From positions 62,001 through 126,000 of the forward strand of contig CDMY01000291.1 of NCBI GenBank assembly GCA_001179505.1: DNA of 64,000 nt. Reading direction: 5' to 3'. Shown here piece after piece: positions 1 to 13,018 of the stretch. The notes under the pieces were generated by a model, which saw only the letters and a program-made list of their open reading frames with translations, was not told the DNA's origin and made no database searches. Origin of the DNA: Vitrella brassicaformis CCMP3155. Its lineage: Eukaryota > Protista > Chromerida. A program made the position numbers and the translations under genes. The first letter of the stretch is position 1. Every line of letters starts with the position of its first letter.

Positions 1-213
1 CCGGACTGTGGAGGTCGGGGGCGACGACAACATGGATGCCGACATGGGCCAGAGGGATGGCGAGAAGCAAGACGGCGGCGACCCACGAGCTGTCGATGCA
101 CCGTCCAGCCCGGCTGCGGGCGGCTCGCCGTGTGGTGGCGCGCCCGGTCAGGCTGCAAAAAAAGGTACAGCAGCGGCAAATGCACGCACACACTCTCAAT
201 GTCTCTGTATGTC

Positions 214-1588
214 CAGGTCCCGAAGATGGGCATGCTAGCGGCGGCATGAGTGTCTGTGGAGGGGAAAAAGCGAATCCTGCGAACCCAATGGATGGAGCAG
301 AGACAAGTGGCGACGAAGGTGGGGCAGAGGCGCCATTCGATTTGAACAGCCAGGAGGACAGCGACCCAATGGGCGAGGGCCAGGGAAACACGCCACAGTG
401 GGTCGAGTACTTCGTACGTCCTGGCTTCCGCCGCTACTATTATAACGTGCAGACGGGGCAGAAACAGGTCAGAGAGAGGGAGAGAGAGAGCGGGAGAGAG
501 AGCTCACACTGTCCTCTATATATGTCTCGCCATTAGTCGGAGCGCCCGGCGGGACTCTGTCCATTCCACAGAGCCGTCCCCGACGTATTTGATGACGTTG
601 AGGACGACCACTACGACCGCCATGGCTTTTGTTCGATCAGGCCGGACTACGCACAAGACTGGGCCTATCCATGGGCCATCCGCGAATTCAGCAAGTGGGC
701 GGCCCAAGTCAAGTGTGAGCTCGAATGGCGGCCTTTTGAGGGGCAGCTCATCATCGACTGCAGCAGCGACGCTGCAAATGCCCGCACTGCGCCAGACGGC
801 CTATACGGAGACATCGCCACGCAGCTCGCCGCTAGAGCCGAAAGGGTGAGGAAAGGGCAAAATCGATGTCCATGTAACACACAGATTTGTCTCTCATCCA
901 GGTCACCTTAAAACTCGGAGGGACGCCGCTGCATGAGAGCTGGGGTGACAAACTGGTCTTTAACAATGCCAAGACACTCGAATTTCATCCCAAGGAGGGT
1001 GCGAACACCTTGGAAGTGGAGCAGAGCATCCCTGAGTGGCTGACCGGCAGGGGGGGCGAGAAGGGTGTCCCCTTCCCAGCTGTCACGAGGCTGGACGCCG
1101 ACATTCGCTCGTTCTCCCTCACTGAGTGCAGCAAGCTCAGTAGTCTCATGCGGGGGCTGACAACACTCAAGGAAGTCCGTTTTCCTAATCGTTTGCCTAG
1201 CTTCGCTGTAGGGTGTGAGCTGCTCTTCTGCATCTCTGTCGAGCTGGAGATGGTCTGGTTCGATTTTCCCTTCCATAACCATGACCCTCCCGCCCCTGGC
1301 GGCTGCCCGCCATGCATAGAGGTAGTGCACTCGTGCCGTTTGAGAAGCAAGGCAGATGTGCAGCAGCTCACTCAGCTGGTGTTGCTAAAACGGCCAGCGA
1401 GTGTAGACTTGACTATAAATGTGCCTTGGACTGAGTTTGAGAGTCGGGATGACAAGGGTCGAAGTGCTGAAGCCCGCTCGTGGTTCAAGCCACTCGATGC
1501 ATACTATACTGCGAGAGACAACAGCGGGGTCAGGTGTTATTTTGGGTATGTAGAAATCGTCGTCAGCTTTCAGCTTTCGACTGCTTGA
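214..1588 (+). CDS. Multi-exon hypothetical protein with a degenerate WW domain followed by a lineage-specific domain; 5' end uncertain, may begin before the window
   Basis: Exon encodes QWVEYFVRPGFRRYYYNVQTGQKQ, then a GT-AG intron (~469-535), then SERP...; frame continues through ~536-846 and ~902-1588 (VTLKLGG...FPAVTRL...) to TGA. Confidence 0.55.
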
Positions 1589-2849
1589 ATATGAGCCTGA
1601 AAGCTGAATGATTGGTACGTCAGGCAAGGCAATTAGCCCACGGGGGGGCACGTAAAGGCGACGGGGGGAAGGAGGATCGGGGCAATGGCAGGCAGCGGTT
1701 GGCTGGCTGAATGTCATGTCTCCATCAAAGGACGGCTGCTTTCTTCTTTGAGTGCTCGACATTGGCTGTCTTCTTTGTGCGTACGCATGCATGGAGCCTT
1801 TTGAGGCAGTCAGGGAGTCACATGAAGCATGTTTGTCAGCGGTTTTGCTTTTGATCATGTAGGGTGTGATGGCATCCAGGCTCCATGTCTGAACGGGAAG
1901 AGGGGACAGACAGACAGACAGACAGACAGACAGCGAGGGAGGGAGGGAGGGAGGGAAAGGGAAGGAAGGAGGGAAGGAGAAGACGGCCGACAGACAGATA
2001 GGTGATCTAAAGGTCACTCGGTCCGTGCCTCTGTAAGGTCGATCATGTGTGATGCGCTGTGTGTGTTTGAGGATGATAAGGACAGTGGTGGGGCTCATAG
2101 CTTGTCGTTAACTGACCATGTCGTCTCAGCTGTGCGTTGTCTTTGACTGTATCAACCGTCACCATGGTAACACATGTTTCTGTGCTGGCGCGAGACACTG
2201 ACGAGGGGGAAGTGAGTGCGATCAAAGAATGACATCCGACAGACGCTGTTGCTGATGCGCTGATTGTGGATGAACCGATGTATCCATCCATGGTGGCATG
2301 CACCTTCACAGAAGAAGACGCCCGTCAGAGCTCACGGCATCCCGGATGTCATTCATCCATGCACCCGCACACACCTGTCTGACGTGTGCATTTGATCAAT
2401 GTACACGCACACATTCACACAACTGACTATTCAACACATACACGCCGACATGGGACGAACGAGCGACCGGCCATCTACCGACCAGCATGTATCAATTACT
2501 CGACCCCTTGTCAGTCAGTCTGTTTGGTACTAGCTGAGTGGCCCTCTGGCGTCACATCATTTATCTTTTAAGCTGTGTGTCTGACTGAGTAGCAGGCCAG
2601 GTGCGCGAGAGCTGCACCGATCCGCTGAAGTCGATTGTGAAATTTCCTATCGTCTTGTCGGGGCATCTGGTGCGCAGCACACGTCGGGAGGTTCCCACGG
2701 GCTCGAACACTTCCAGCCTAGATACATGCACATGAAGCCATTAAACATGGGCGCGGCGCGTCGTGTATCCCATTTATGACTCCCACTCACTCTCTCACCT
2801 GGTTAGGCCTCGTAGCTTGAGGAGCTGCTGGATGAAGGCATAGAAGTAG

Positions 2850-5043
2850 TCATCCTCCGACGGCACACCCTCCGGCACTGCAATCAACCAACAGACACTC
2901 ATCCACAAAGGCCATGATGAAGGCCGTCCGTGTGTGCGTGCATCCGGCTGACGGACCTTTCAGGTAGAGCTGTATCTCGCTAATGGTGGGCAGTGCATCT
3001 GGCCTGTCCCCCCAGTCGACCGGCCCGCTCTCGTCCCCCTCTACACGCAGCCTCAGCAACGGCACCCGCGCTGCCCTCCCCAACTCGGCCAGATACGCAC
3101 TCCAGGCCTCGGCCGACAGCGGCACGCTCCCCGCGTCCACCTGCAGCCTATCCGCACCAATGATCCGCACCAATGGCGCCACGGCGTGACTCCCCAACGT
3201 TGTCGTCACACTCAAGGATGTCGCCACCGGGAACGCGCTGTTGGCAAGGTGCTCGAGTGCGCGGGGTCGGGGGATCAATAGAGGTGGCTGCCAGTTTCGT
3301 CTGGTGTGGATGGCGACGCTCTCCGCCTTGTCGAATGAGATGGTGGCCGCGACCTCCTTGACGGCGTCGTTGGGTGTCTCGAGGGGCTGCAGGTCGGTCG
3401 TGTCACGAGGGGTGATCTTCCACTCGACCGTCAGCGCGGCCGCGGCCAGGCGGATGATGGATTGTTTGATGAAGGAGGTGGCGTCCGCTGGGAGGCGAAA
3501 CAGGTTGCTCAGGTCGAAGGTCGCAATGCATGTGGGGGCCGAGCCGCCAGTGACCCGCACTTTCTGCGTACGTCGCACCAACTCGTTAAAACGCTCCAAC
3601 GCTACAAGCATCTATACACGTGGGAATGGGCAACGAGCAAGGCGAGAAATGAGTCGTCGTCTGTGGCATGTATGTCGTGTTTGTTGTTGCTGACTGACCT
3701 CTAAGGCGTCCATGTCGGCCTTCATGCGATCGATGAGGTCCACTCGAAGTGATGTTAGCCCACGGCCCTGTACGCCGTCGCAACCCCGCGCAATCAGGAC
3801 ACTCTGAAGACAGACAGACAGACAGACAGCGTCGAGCGGTCGGTCGCCGGTTGTTCCACTGGTCGCCCTCCTTGCCTGCAGTTCATTGATGTCTTGGATG
3901 AAATGCCGATCGGAGCTACACTGCACCAAACAAACACGCACAGAGGTCAGTCAATACCTCCACTGACTGCACCGTGATGTGCGTGTCATTTAGTCACCTC
4001 TAGCGTGCCGATATCCTCCAGGTTGGCCAGGGGCCTGACCGTTTCACTCTGTCCGGCAGCCCCCTCCCCTCGCCCCGCACGGTCCAGCACCATGGCCTTG
4101 TGACGCGGAGGGGAGCACACGTCCAGTCGCCGCAGGGCCGTTGACGTTGACACCCAGGTGGCGAGTCGCAGGGGGTCCGGCGGCTGGTTGGCCGGCGGCG
4201 GCTCCCTCTCGACTCTCGCATCGATGATATCCTTCAACGCTGGCATTGTCCACCTCCCCGCCACCACGGCGTGACCGATGCGGAGGCCGGTGACCGTCTC
4301 GAGGGAGGGGAGGACCCGTCGACTGCATGATGGATTGGGAATGGCCGGCTCGGTCCTTTGCAGTAGGGGCAGCTCCTGCAGCTCCGCCTGGCTCATGTCA
4401 GTCCTGTCCGCCTGCTCGAATGAGATGGTCGTCAGCGTGCCCGCTGCTATCCGCCCTCTCTCCACCATCTCCGCTCGTCCTTCCGCATGCCCGTCAACCA
4501 CACCGGCAAACGCAGTCATGGCGTAGTTGCCTGGAAGGACAACGCATTCACAAACACATGAAGAGAATACTCGCCATGTATCCACACAGGCATGTGTACC
4601 CACCTGTGGTGAGCCCGAGTGGGTATCTGACGATGACAGCGATGAGATGGGCAAGTCTGACACCCCACCGGTGAGCCTCTACATAAGGCATGCGGCGCCA
4701 GAAGGTCCGATCTGGCTCGAACCGACCGTCGATGACCAGACGCGTTACGCTGGGCGCCAGGGCAGCCCACGTGGTGCGGGGGAGACCAATGAGCTGGCGG
4801 AAAGGCAGGCATGGGAACAACGAGCTCCGAAGGATGGGCTGAATGGAAACACAGGACGACGGAACACGTCATGTGCTTCCTTTGCAGCTGTGTGCATTCG
4901 CGTGCAAGGGATGAGGGCAGGACTGCACTGCTGACCAGAGGGATGGATGTGAAGAGGGCATGGAGGTCGATTGCCTCGTCACCAGACTCGTCCTCATCTG
5001 AGGCCGTACGGCGGCCACCGGCTCTGGGCGTGAACCGCGGCAC
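2850..5043 (-). CDS. Multi-exon hypothetical protein of an apparently lineage-expanded family (possible F-box/LRR-like features); start uncertain
   Basis: Long coding-like minus-strand exons at 2850-3611, 3700-3810, 3986-4525 (LPSLETVTGL, WTMPALKDI) and 4600-4820, separated by microsatellite-rich GT-AG introns; family identity is inference. Confidence 0.5.
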
Positions 5044-5201
5044 CGACAGGCGTCAATGTTTTCCCTCATCCATCATAGCTCCCATTCTCCTCCATCATCC
5101 ATCGCCGCCGCATCCTGAAGCCATCCCCCCTCAAAACTTAGCCCAAAACTCCAGCTTGCATCATGTAAATCTGCACTTCCGCGTAGTAAACCGGCAGCGC
5201 C

Positions 5202-8112
5202 ATGGAGCGGCCAGATCAGGTAGAGCTCAGCAGCCTCACCCGTCGGTCGGACGTCACCATCTTGGACGTGCCGGTGCACCTTCCTTACTCTCTCGGCGAG
5301 GATCTTGCGGAGATCCGGCGGCTGGAGAGATACGGCGTGCGGATCCTCACGGCAGATCCATCCGATGGTCGTGGTGGCTTGCAATTGGTGAAGCAGGAGG
5401 AGGGGATCAGAGGCGATGACGGGGCGGCGGATGGCGGGGAGGGTCGGATGGATGACGACAGGGAGAGAGAGATCTTCTCGGTGGGTGGCGACCTGAAGAT
5501 GGAAGGCAAGACATCCCTCCTCATCTTTGGACCGAAGTGAGCATTCGGGGACGGATTGATGGACAGCTGGGGGAGAGGGAGGGTGCAGGGAGCTGCTGGG
5601 TTGTTGGCTCTTGCAGGCGGGAGCGGCACATCGTGTCCCTCCTCCTCATGTAGGGCCGGCTGGCTGGCTGACCACCAACACGACACACCACTCAGAACAC
5701 TCATGGATGGTTGTGCTGTGCCTTGACTGGCTGGCTGCCGACAGGTACAACGTGGGGACGGCTGTGGTTGACTTCTACCCCATCCTCAAGTCGCCCGGCC
5801 ACACGCCGTCCTACTTGTCAAAGGATGTCAACACCCAGAAGCGCAGCGCCCCGTCACATCACATCGACAGCATCGTCAAGGATCAAGAGGTATGAGACGA
5901 CGCGTGCGCATGGTTTTGATGGCCATGGTTGGTTACCAATTCCACATGGTGATCTGCACAGGCAGTGTTGGAGGACGTCACAGGTGCGTCCATTCACTGG
6001 GTACAGAAACAGCGAGCCGACTGCTACTTCATCACCGGTGCGCATGACGAGAGATGAGATCGGATGAACGAATGGGTGGATGGATGCACAGAGCCCTGTA
6101 TGTATGTATGTATGTATGCGTGTGTATGTGTGTCAGGTACTGGTGCGGAGCGTTTGATGGCCCAGCGGCTGATCGATGTGTTGATAGCGCAGGCGGGCCG
6201 CAGTCCCGAACGACCCTGCCTGCTTCTTCGACAGAGACCTAGTGCTCGAATGGTCTGCATCAAGCGATAAAGGCATGCATGGCGGTCGATGTTTGTGCTG
6301 TTCGCGTCTTGTGCAGTGAGCATCTTGTCAAGGAGGTGGAGCTGCCCAGCGGGTCGTGCGCCAGGCTCCTGCCATTCAGACCTGAAGCCGACCCTTACAT
6401 CGTCGACGAGAGCGCCATCATCGTTCGCGTGCACAACAGGTCAAACGACGCGCACACACAAGAGAAACGTCCGGCATTCACATTCATTCCCTCTCTCTGT
6501 GTTTCATGGTCTGTGCAGGCCGGGTGTGTGTGGTCGTGACGTGGAGACGGTTGCGGTGTTTGCCGTGCGTGGGTCGCGGCGCAAGAAGATAGCCAAGTAC
6601 GTGCACGACCGATTCATACACACATCATCTCGATCCACGTACAAACAAACAACACACACACACACACACACAAATCTCGTGAAGGCCTGCATTTGCGCCC
6701 CTTGTATGCATGTGAGCAGCTTTGGCGGGCGCCCTTATGGGTTTCACGATCCTGCTCGTCGCATGAAGGGCCAGAGAGGCCGTCAGTCGCCCTCCACCCC
6801 ACACAGGAGCCAGTCACGCTCACGCTCACGGTCACCCCCTCGGTACACATCCAGGTGCAACACCAAAGTGGAGGTAAGGTGAGATACAAGGGACGGAAGG
6901 CCCCCACATATGTGCCCGCTGCATGTTGCTGGTGGCGTCAGGGCACTGGCAGTGGAGGTGTTGGTGAGCATTCGAAGAGACACGATGGAGGCAGCGACTC
7001 GAGCCCACTGCGAAAGGTGAGGCGGGATGGCAACGACCTGTGAGAAAGTACCTGTCTGGCTACGCGGTTGTTGTGCTTGCAGCGGCCCCACACAGCCGCC
7101 AGCAAGGACCGCCACCGCCGCTCAGGCTCACCCATATCATCCGGGGTCAGTCAGTCAAACACTCAAATTCGCACCCTCATTGTGGGCGTCGGCAATTAAT
7201 GCGACACATATGCCTCCCTGTACATGTTTGTGTGTGCAGGATGGCAGCCCCCGTCAGCCTCTCAGTGAGCGGCAGGAGGGCAAGGCCACCACACAGGAGA
7301 AGCAGGTGATGAGATGGGGGACGAGATGGATTGAGGAAAGCCCCTGTGTCCTTTTTATTCGTAGCCTCCTGTTCGCGTGTCGTTCTTCGACCTGTCGCAC
7401 GAGCAGCTGTGTGCCATCTTCACTCACCCACACGCTCCGTCGCCGCTCAAAACACTCGCAAACGACTTCCAACAGGTATGCAGGGCTACACACATCCATC
7501 CATTGATTGCATTCGGTTGATGTGTCTGTCTGTCTGTCTGTCTCTCAGGGTTTGGACGGCCATATGGCGTCCCTGCTGCTGGAGAGGGCCTCCAAGGGCA
7601 TGCTCGCCGACGTGCATACCTGCCCCCTGGGCACCCTGCTCCTCCTTTGTCGTGTGCGTGAGATGATGGGCCAGCAGGGTGGCTGGCCGCCATGTGCCAC
7701 CTCCAACCAGATCCAGCTCTTCCTCGACAAAGCCTTCCCCGGCGACGGCGGGCCGCGCAGCATCCTGAACAAGACGCCCGAGGACATCGCAGGAATGCTG
7801 CAGGAGGAGACATACACGTCCGCAGATCTGGCCGAGAAAGTCATCGAGGTGAGACGGAAGACGATGAATGGATGGATATGTTGTCTCTGTTAATGTGTTT
7901 GGTCACCCGTGCAGCATCAGCTGTCGGGTCGTGCGTTGAGTCTGCTGAAGAGGTATGTGGGTGAGCAGGAGGCCATCGACCGTGATGCGGTGCTCAAGGA
8001 GGGCGTGTCGTGGCTGCGGCCCTTCGGGGACACTGTGGCCGAGAGGGTGGGTGCGGAGGTCAGGCTGTCCGACCGCATAGACAAGCCACAGGTCTACAGA
8101 CACATGGCATAG
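5202..8112 (+). CDS. Multi-exon protein with degenerate KH-like region, RS-rich linker and SAM-like C-terminus (paralogue A)
   Basis: ATG 5202; spliced LLIFGPK|RERHIVSLLLM; SRSRSRSPPR near 6820; C-terminal GTLLLL...KVIE|HQLSGRALSLL; stop 8112; motifs and intron positions shared with the 8756-12502 gene. Confidence 0.55.
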
Positions 8113-8755
8113 AGGGGGTCAGGGTACGGAGCAAGAGAAGGGCCTGCAGGTGCGTAGCCTTTGAGTCCTCTCTGCATGGGAGTGTGCAGCTGTTGCGATG
8201 GATGTGTGTGGTGTGGACCTGTCTGTTTGCCTCTCGGACTTGCCCATTCTCTGGTCTATCTGGATGGAACAAATTTATTGACTGATGTCCATGTGCAAAC
8301 AAATAAAGATCACACGTATACACAAACACATACATACACACATATGGACGTATGTACGCAGTATGATGATAGGAGAAAGAGCAAAGCGACAGGGAAACAG
8401 ACAGACAGACAGGCAGACAGCCTATAAATACACCGACATTTCTTCGACAGATGAGTCAGTCACTCAGTCAGTCGGTGAGTCAGTCAGTCCACGGAGACCT
8501 CCCTCACTCAACACACCGACCCACCGACCGATTTGCCGATTTGCCAAACACCTTTTCCCCTCCCCTCCCGCTAACAAATGAATATACACCGTTTATGTAT
8601 GTATGTGAGCCATACCATACCCGCCCTGACGCACCCACACACGCAGTTTTCGCCACACATACAACACACACATTCATCATGCATTGAGTCAGTCACCGAC
8701 GTGTGCACACCTGTTCATGCAGCATCGATCCAAGTCCGTAGGTAGATAAGACAAG

Positions 8756-11700
8756 TCAGCCAGCACCCGTCTTGGATCTGACGACTTCGCTGAGCCACAA
8801 GTGGACCTGTGTGCGTGTGGTGGGCGACTCCCACACGTTGCGGAGCCACGCGTCCCTCTCGCCCGCGGGGAGCGAATGCAACACACCCAACGCCATGCCG
8901 TCCAAATGGTGCTGAATGAATGAATGAATGCAAGCCGAGAACATATAAGGGGATTGGTCACTCTCCCCGAGTGGTGTGCGTTGTTTTGTACCTTCTCGAT
9001 GTGCAGTAAGCCATCCATTGTGCCGTTGGTCTGCTTGTCCACCGCGTCTTTGACCTCGGCAGCCGTCATGCGGTCGATGTCCGTCTTGATGGGGAAGGTC
9101 GACCGCAGCAGCGCCCTGCGACCCTCGTGTGTCATGTCCTCATCACGCAGTCCACCCCGTGAGTCGATCGCGTCCTTGAGGGCAGCCAACAGCAACAGCG
9201 AACCTGTCGGAATCAAGATACAGGCAGACGAGTAGTGTGGTGTCCGATGAATTGTTTCTCTTTCCTCTCTCTCGGTATTGTCCACTGACCGAGGCATCTG
9301 CCGGATCGGCAGCCGTCCCCCTGATGCGCAGACTGCACGAAGAAGGTCGCCATCCAGCCCTCGACCGCCTGACCCAAGGACAGACAACAGACATGCTACA
9401 TGTCTATCACACATACATCTGCCACCTTACCTGGTAGCACTGTGCGGCCAGGTGTTTGAGTGGAGAGGGCGCCTCCTCGTGCGACAGCAGACCACACATG
9501 TCCTCCCTGGACAGCTTCCCGAAGCCCACCAAACCGCCGCCCGTCCCCTCCCCCTCTCCGCCTGTGTCAGGCTTCTCCTTGACCGCCACGATGCGGACCA
9601 TCTTGGCCTTGTTGGCGGGAGCCTGGTCTCCTCTGTCGCACGATCGCCGCTTGCGGCTGGTCTGGGGGGTGGTGTCCTCCTTCTTGACGACGACCGGCAT
9701 GGCGACGGAGTCCACGGGGCTGACGTTGAGGGAGTTGGCCACCTGAGCACCACTGAGCGATCCGGCCCCACGGCCCTGATGCGGAACAAACAGCATAGAG
9801 ATACAAATCCATTTACCCGTTGGCTGTTGCCTGTTGACTGTTCTCCTGGCCCTTTGTCGCTCACCTTGCGTTTGGTTGCAGTTGGATGAGCCATGTCCGT
9901 GCTGCCCTTGATAGCTACGCCCACCTACGTACGCGAGACATCCACACCACACGCACAGTACCACACCATGCGTCAAGAAAGCGTCCATCCGTCTGCTTGT
10001 CGGTCCGTGCGTGTGTGTGTACCTTCTTGTGTGTCGCCTCGCTCTTGATGGGTGGCTCATCTTTGACTATGGCGTCGAACGAGTTCTTCACCCGCACCCG
10101 CACCTTGCCCGCCCCCTCCCCCTCCCCACTGCCCCTCTTCGCCGCCTCGTCGCCACCATCCGACAGACCCATGACCTCATCCTCCCTGTCCTCCTCCTTG
10201 CCGCCCCCACCCCCAGCCCCCTCCTCCACCCCTCTGGTCGGCATCCATCTCTCGTCATGGATGCAGGACGCGTCCCACCACGGCGGGCACAGCGTCTCCT
10301 TGTCCGACTTCCACAGCGGATTGATGTGCGGGCCACGCTTGCGCCCACCACCAGACTTCTTGCCGCTGCCCCTCGGTGTGGTGGCCGGCTTGTGGCGGGC
10401 GGCAGCGGGCTTGGGAGGGGGTTTGGTTTTGGCCTGCTCGGTCGATGGCTTTTTGGTGTCGGTGGTTGGTGCTTTGGGAGATGCGGGAGGTGCGAGGCCG
10501 GGGGGAGGGCCGATGGACGATATGTCGATGGGATGCGGGAGGATTCTCGGGCTACTGCTCCAACACACACACACAGCGAGAGAGAGAGAGCACGACTGGG
10601 TGTTGATGGGTCCGTCCGAGTTTGTGAATGCGTGGGTGTTGGTTGTCTGTCGTACGTGGGTGGTTTGACGGGGGGTGCCAGTGCCGGGAACTTCATACAT
10701 ATCTGACGCTCAATGTCCTCCCGCGCCTGGCGGGTCGACGCAAACAACACTACAGACCTGTCCACGACAAACACACAACAAAGGCGGATAGGAATCCATG
10801 TGTGCCGTGTTGTTCCGCGCATGGTGCTCTTACGGTCTCTCGTGTAGTTTGATGAGCATGGCATCGTCACTGAATTTCTCGACAAAGTCGAACGCATTCT
10901 TGAGATGGGCGGGGTCGAGCGGCAGACAGCACATCAGGTTCGGACTCACCGTCAACCTAAGATACACATACACACAAGTAGAGAGGGAGAATGACACATC
11001 TGCGACGAATCTGTGCATGGCTGCCGAACTCCCTGCCCACATGCATACTTGTTTTCGAGTTCTCCGGGCATGATGGATGCGCACGAGAGCAGTTTGCCCG
11101 GGTCGGCGGTTTTGTCGCGCCAGGAGTTCATGTGGCACATGATGCGCACCAGCAGCTTGGCCCTCTCGCGCTCTTCGACCGTACCAACCTGACGACACAA
11201 CCACAACCAACACATAGACAGAGAGGTCGATGTTTTCGTGTGGTGTGTGGGTGTGGGTGTGGGTATCTGCTGGTTTACCTACCAGGAAGATGCAGTTGCC
11301 CGAGGGGCCGATCCAGTGCATTCGGGCGTCGCTGTGCAACTCGATCACCTTGCGCTGGCAGCCAGAGAGACAACAACACCACACCCCATCTCATTGGTGC
11401 AGATTGGTGCAAACACAGGCCTGCACTGCACGGCTTGTTTTCCGCACCTTTTTGCAGAGTATGCCGAAGTACTTGACGGACCGAGAGTCCATGAGTATCT
11501 TATCCTAACACACAGACAGCCAGCACATTGCATGCGAAGGTGTCCAGCGCAATACCCATCCATACGTCCATACGTCTAATTCTATATGGCTGGTGCTTGC
11601 TTACGGTGTATACGGCGTCGGGTTGTTTGTTGGGGAGATCGAGCAACTTGTCCGACACACTGAGGGGGTACCGCTGCTGGAGAATGCACCACTTGGACAC

Positions 11701-12502
11701 AAAATCCATCAGCAGCAACGCAACCGAGTGACGGTCGCGCCTACAAGCATCCATCCCCCATCACCACACAAAACGGCACACCCACCCACAGACGGACATA
11801 CATGCGCCATGCTATTCCCTCCACCTCCCCCCTTGTGTGTCCCTCCCGCCGTGCTGTTCTCACTTTTTGCCGATGATGAGGACCTCCTTGATTCGCACCC
11901 TAACGGGCGTGGCGAAGAGCAGCTGCTCCATCTCAGAGTCGCTCTCATCGTGGTGCGCCCCACGCCCCTCCCGCCCCTCGCCACCTGCACCTCCAGGCCG
12001 CCCGCTCTGCGCCAGGAAGCAGAACACCGGAAAATCCTTCTCCAGGTGGACGAAGGGCGGCTGGCTGGGCCAGCAGGACGGCAGGTGCAGGATGGTCGAG
12101 TCGTCCCGTCCGCGGTGTGCTGTGAATGAGATGCGCTGGTACGGCAGATGGTGGGCCTCGGACCATCTGGCGTCGCTCTCGCGCTCCATGAGTAGGTCGA
12201 GGTACTCCTTGGCCCGCTGCCGCTCGGTTTTGCTGCCCTCGCAGCGGATGACCTCGGTTGCCCCGTTGAGCGACGAACCTGTCAAGGTGTCGAACTTGAC
12301 AGTGGCGATGGTCTCCACACGACGCTACAGCCAGCAACCGCAGACAGACAAGAGATATGCACCCACCAAATTTGCAAACCAAGGTGACTGCTCTCTGCGT
12401 GAGGGTGCGGGTGGTTATCATTACCAGGATGGAAGCTCCGTTTTTGTTCTCTTTGATGAACTCGCAGTACTTTCTGCCGAATATCTCAGATGAGCTGCCC
12501 AT
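8756..12502 (-). CDS. Multi-exon protein with degenerate KH-like repeats, Lys/Pro-rich middle and SAM-like C-terminus (paralogue B)
   Basis: MGSSSEIFG...GASIL|RRVETIATVKF...EVIRCEGSKTERQRAKEYL (KH-like pattern); VLIIGKK|RDRHSVALLLM; C-terminal GSLLLL...HIEK|HHLDGMALGVL; stop at 8756. Confidence 0.55.
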
Positions 12503-13018
12503 CGTTGGTCGCGAACACCACCAGCCAGCTACTGACGAGGTCGCTGCAAGGGAGGCGGAACGCCGCTACACCTCAGCTACCTGCAACACACACAGACACA
12601 CAACGCAACGCACACCACTGGTCGGTCCCCTCTCGTGCAGTCAGCAAACAGGCAGGCAGTGGCACCACCATCGCCTCCTTCACCAGCCACAAGCGCAAGC
12701 ACCTGCATTTTGCCATTCCTTTCGGCCCCTTGTGGTGTGTCGAGGTCGGGCAGCTGTCTGCGCGCACCTGAGAGGCCGCGAGAGGCGGCGTGCGCACCGC
12801 GCCGATGAGTCGGTCAACCGCAGTTGTGAAGGTACAGCCACGTGACGGCCGTTAGGAAAGGGCGTCGAAAAAAGAGAATAAGACCATCAAAGGCCTCGCC
12901 AGTCAATCTACGTAATCTCGTCAAATTCAGCTGGTACCGGCAGACGAAAGATCGCGAGCTTGCCCGCAGTGTTGTTGACCGTTCGAGATCTGGCACAGAG
13001 AAGCTTAGGCCTGCACCG

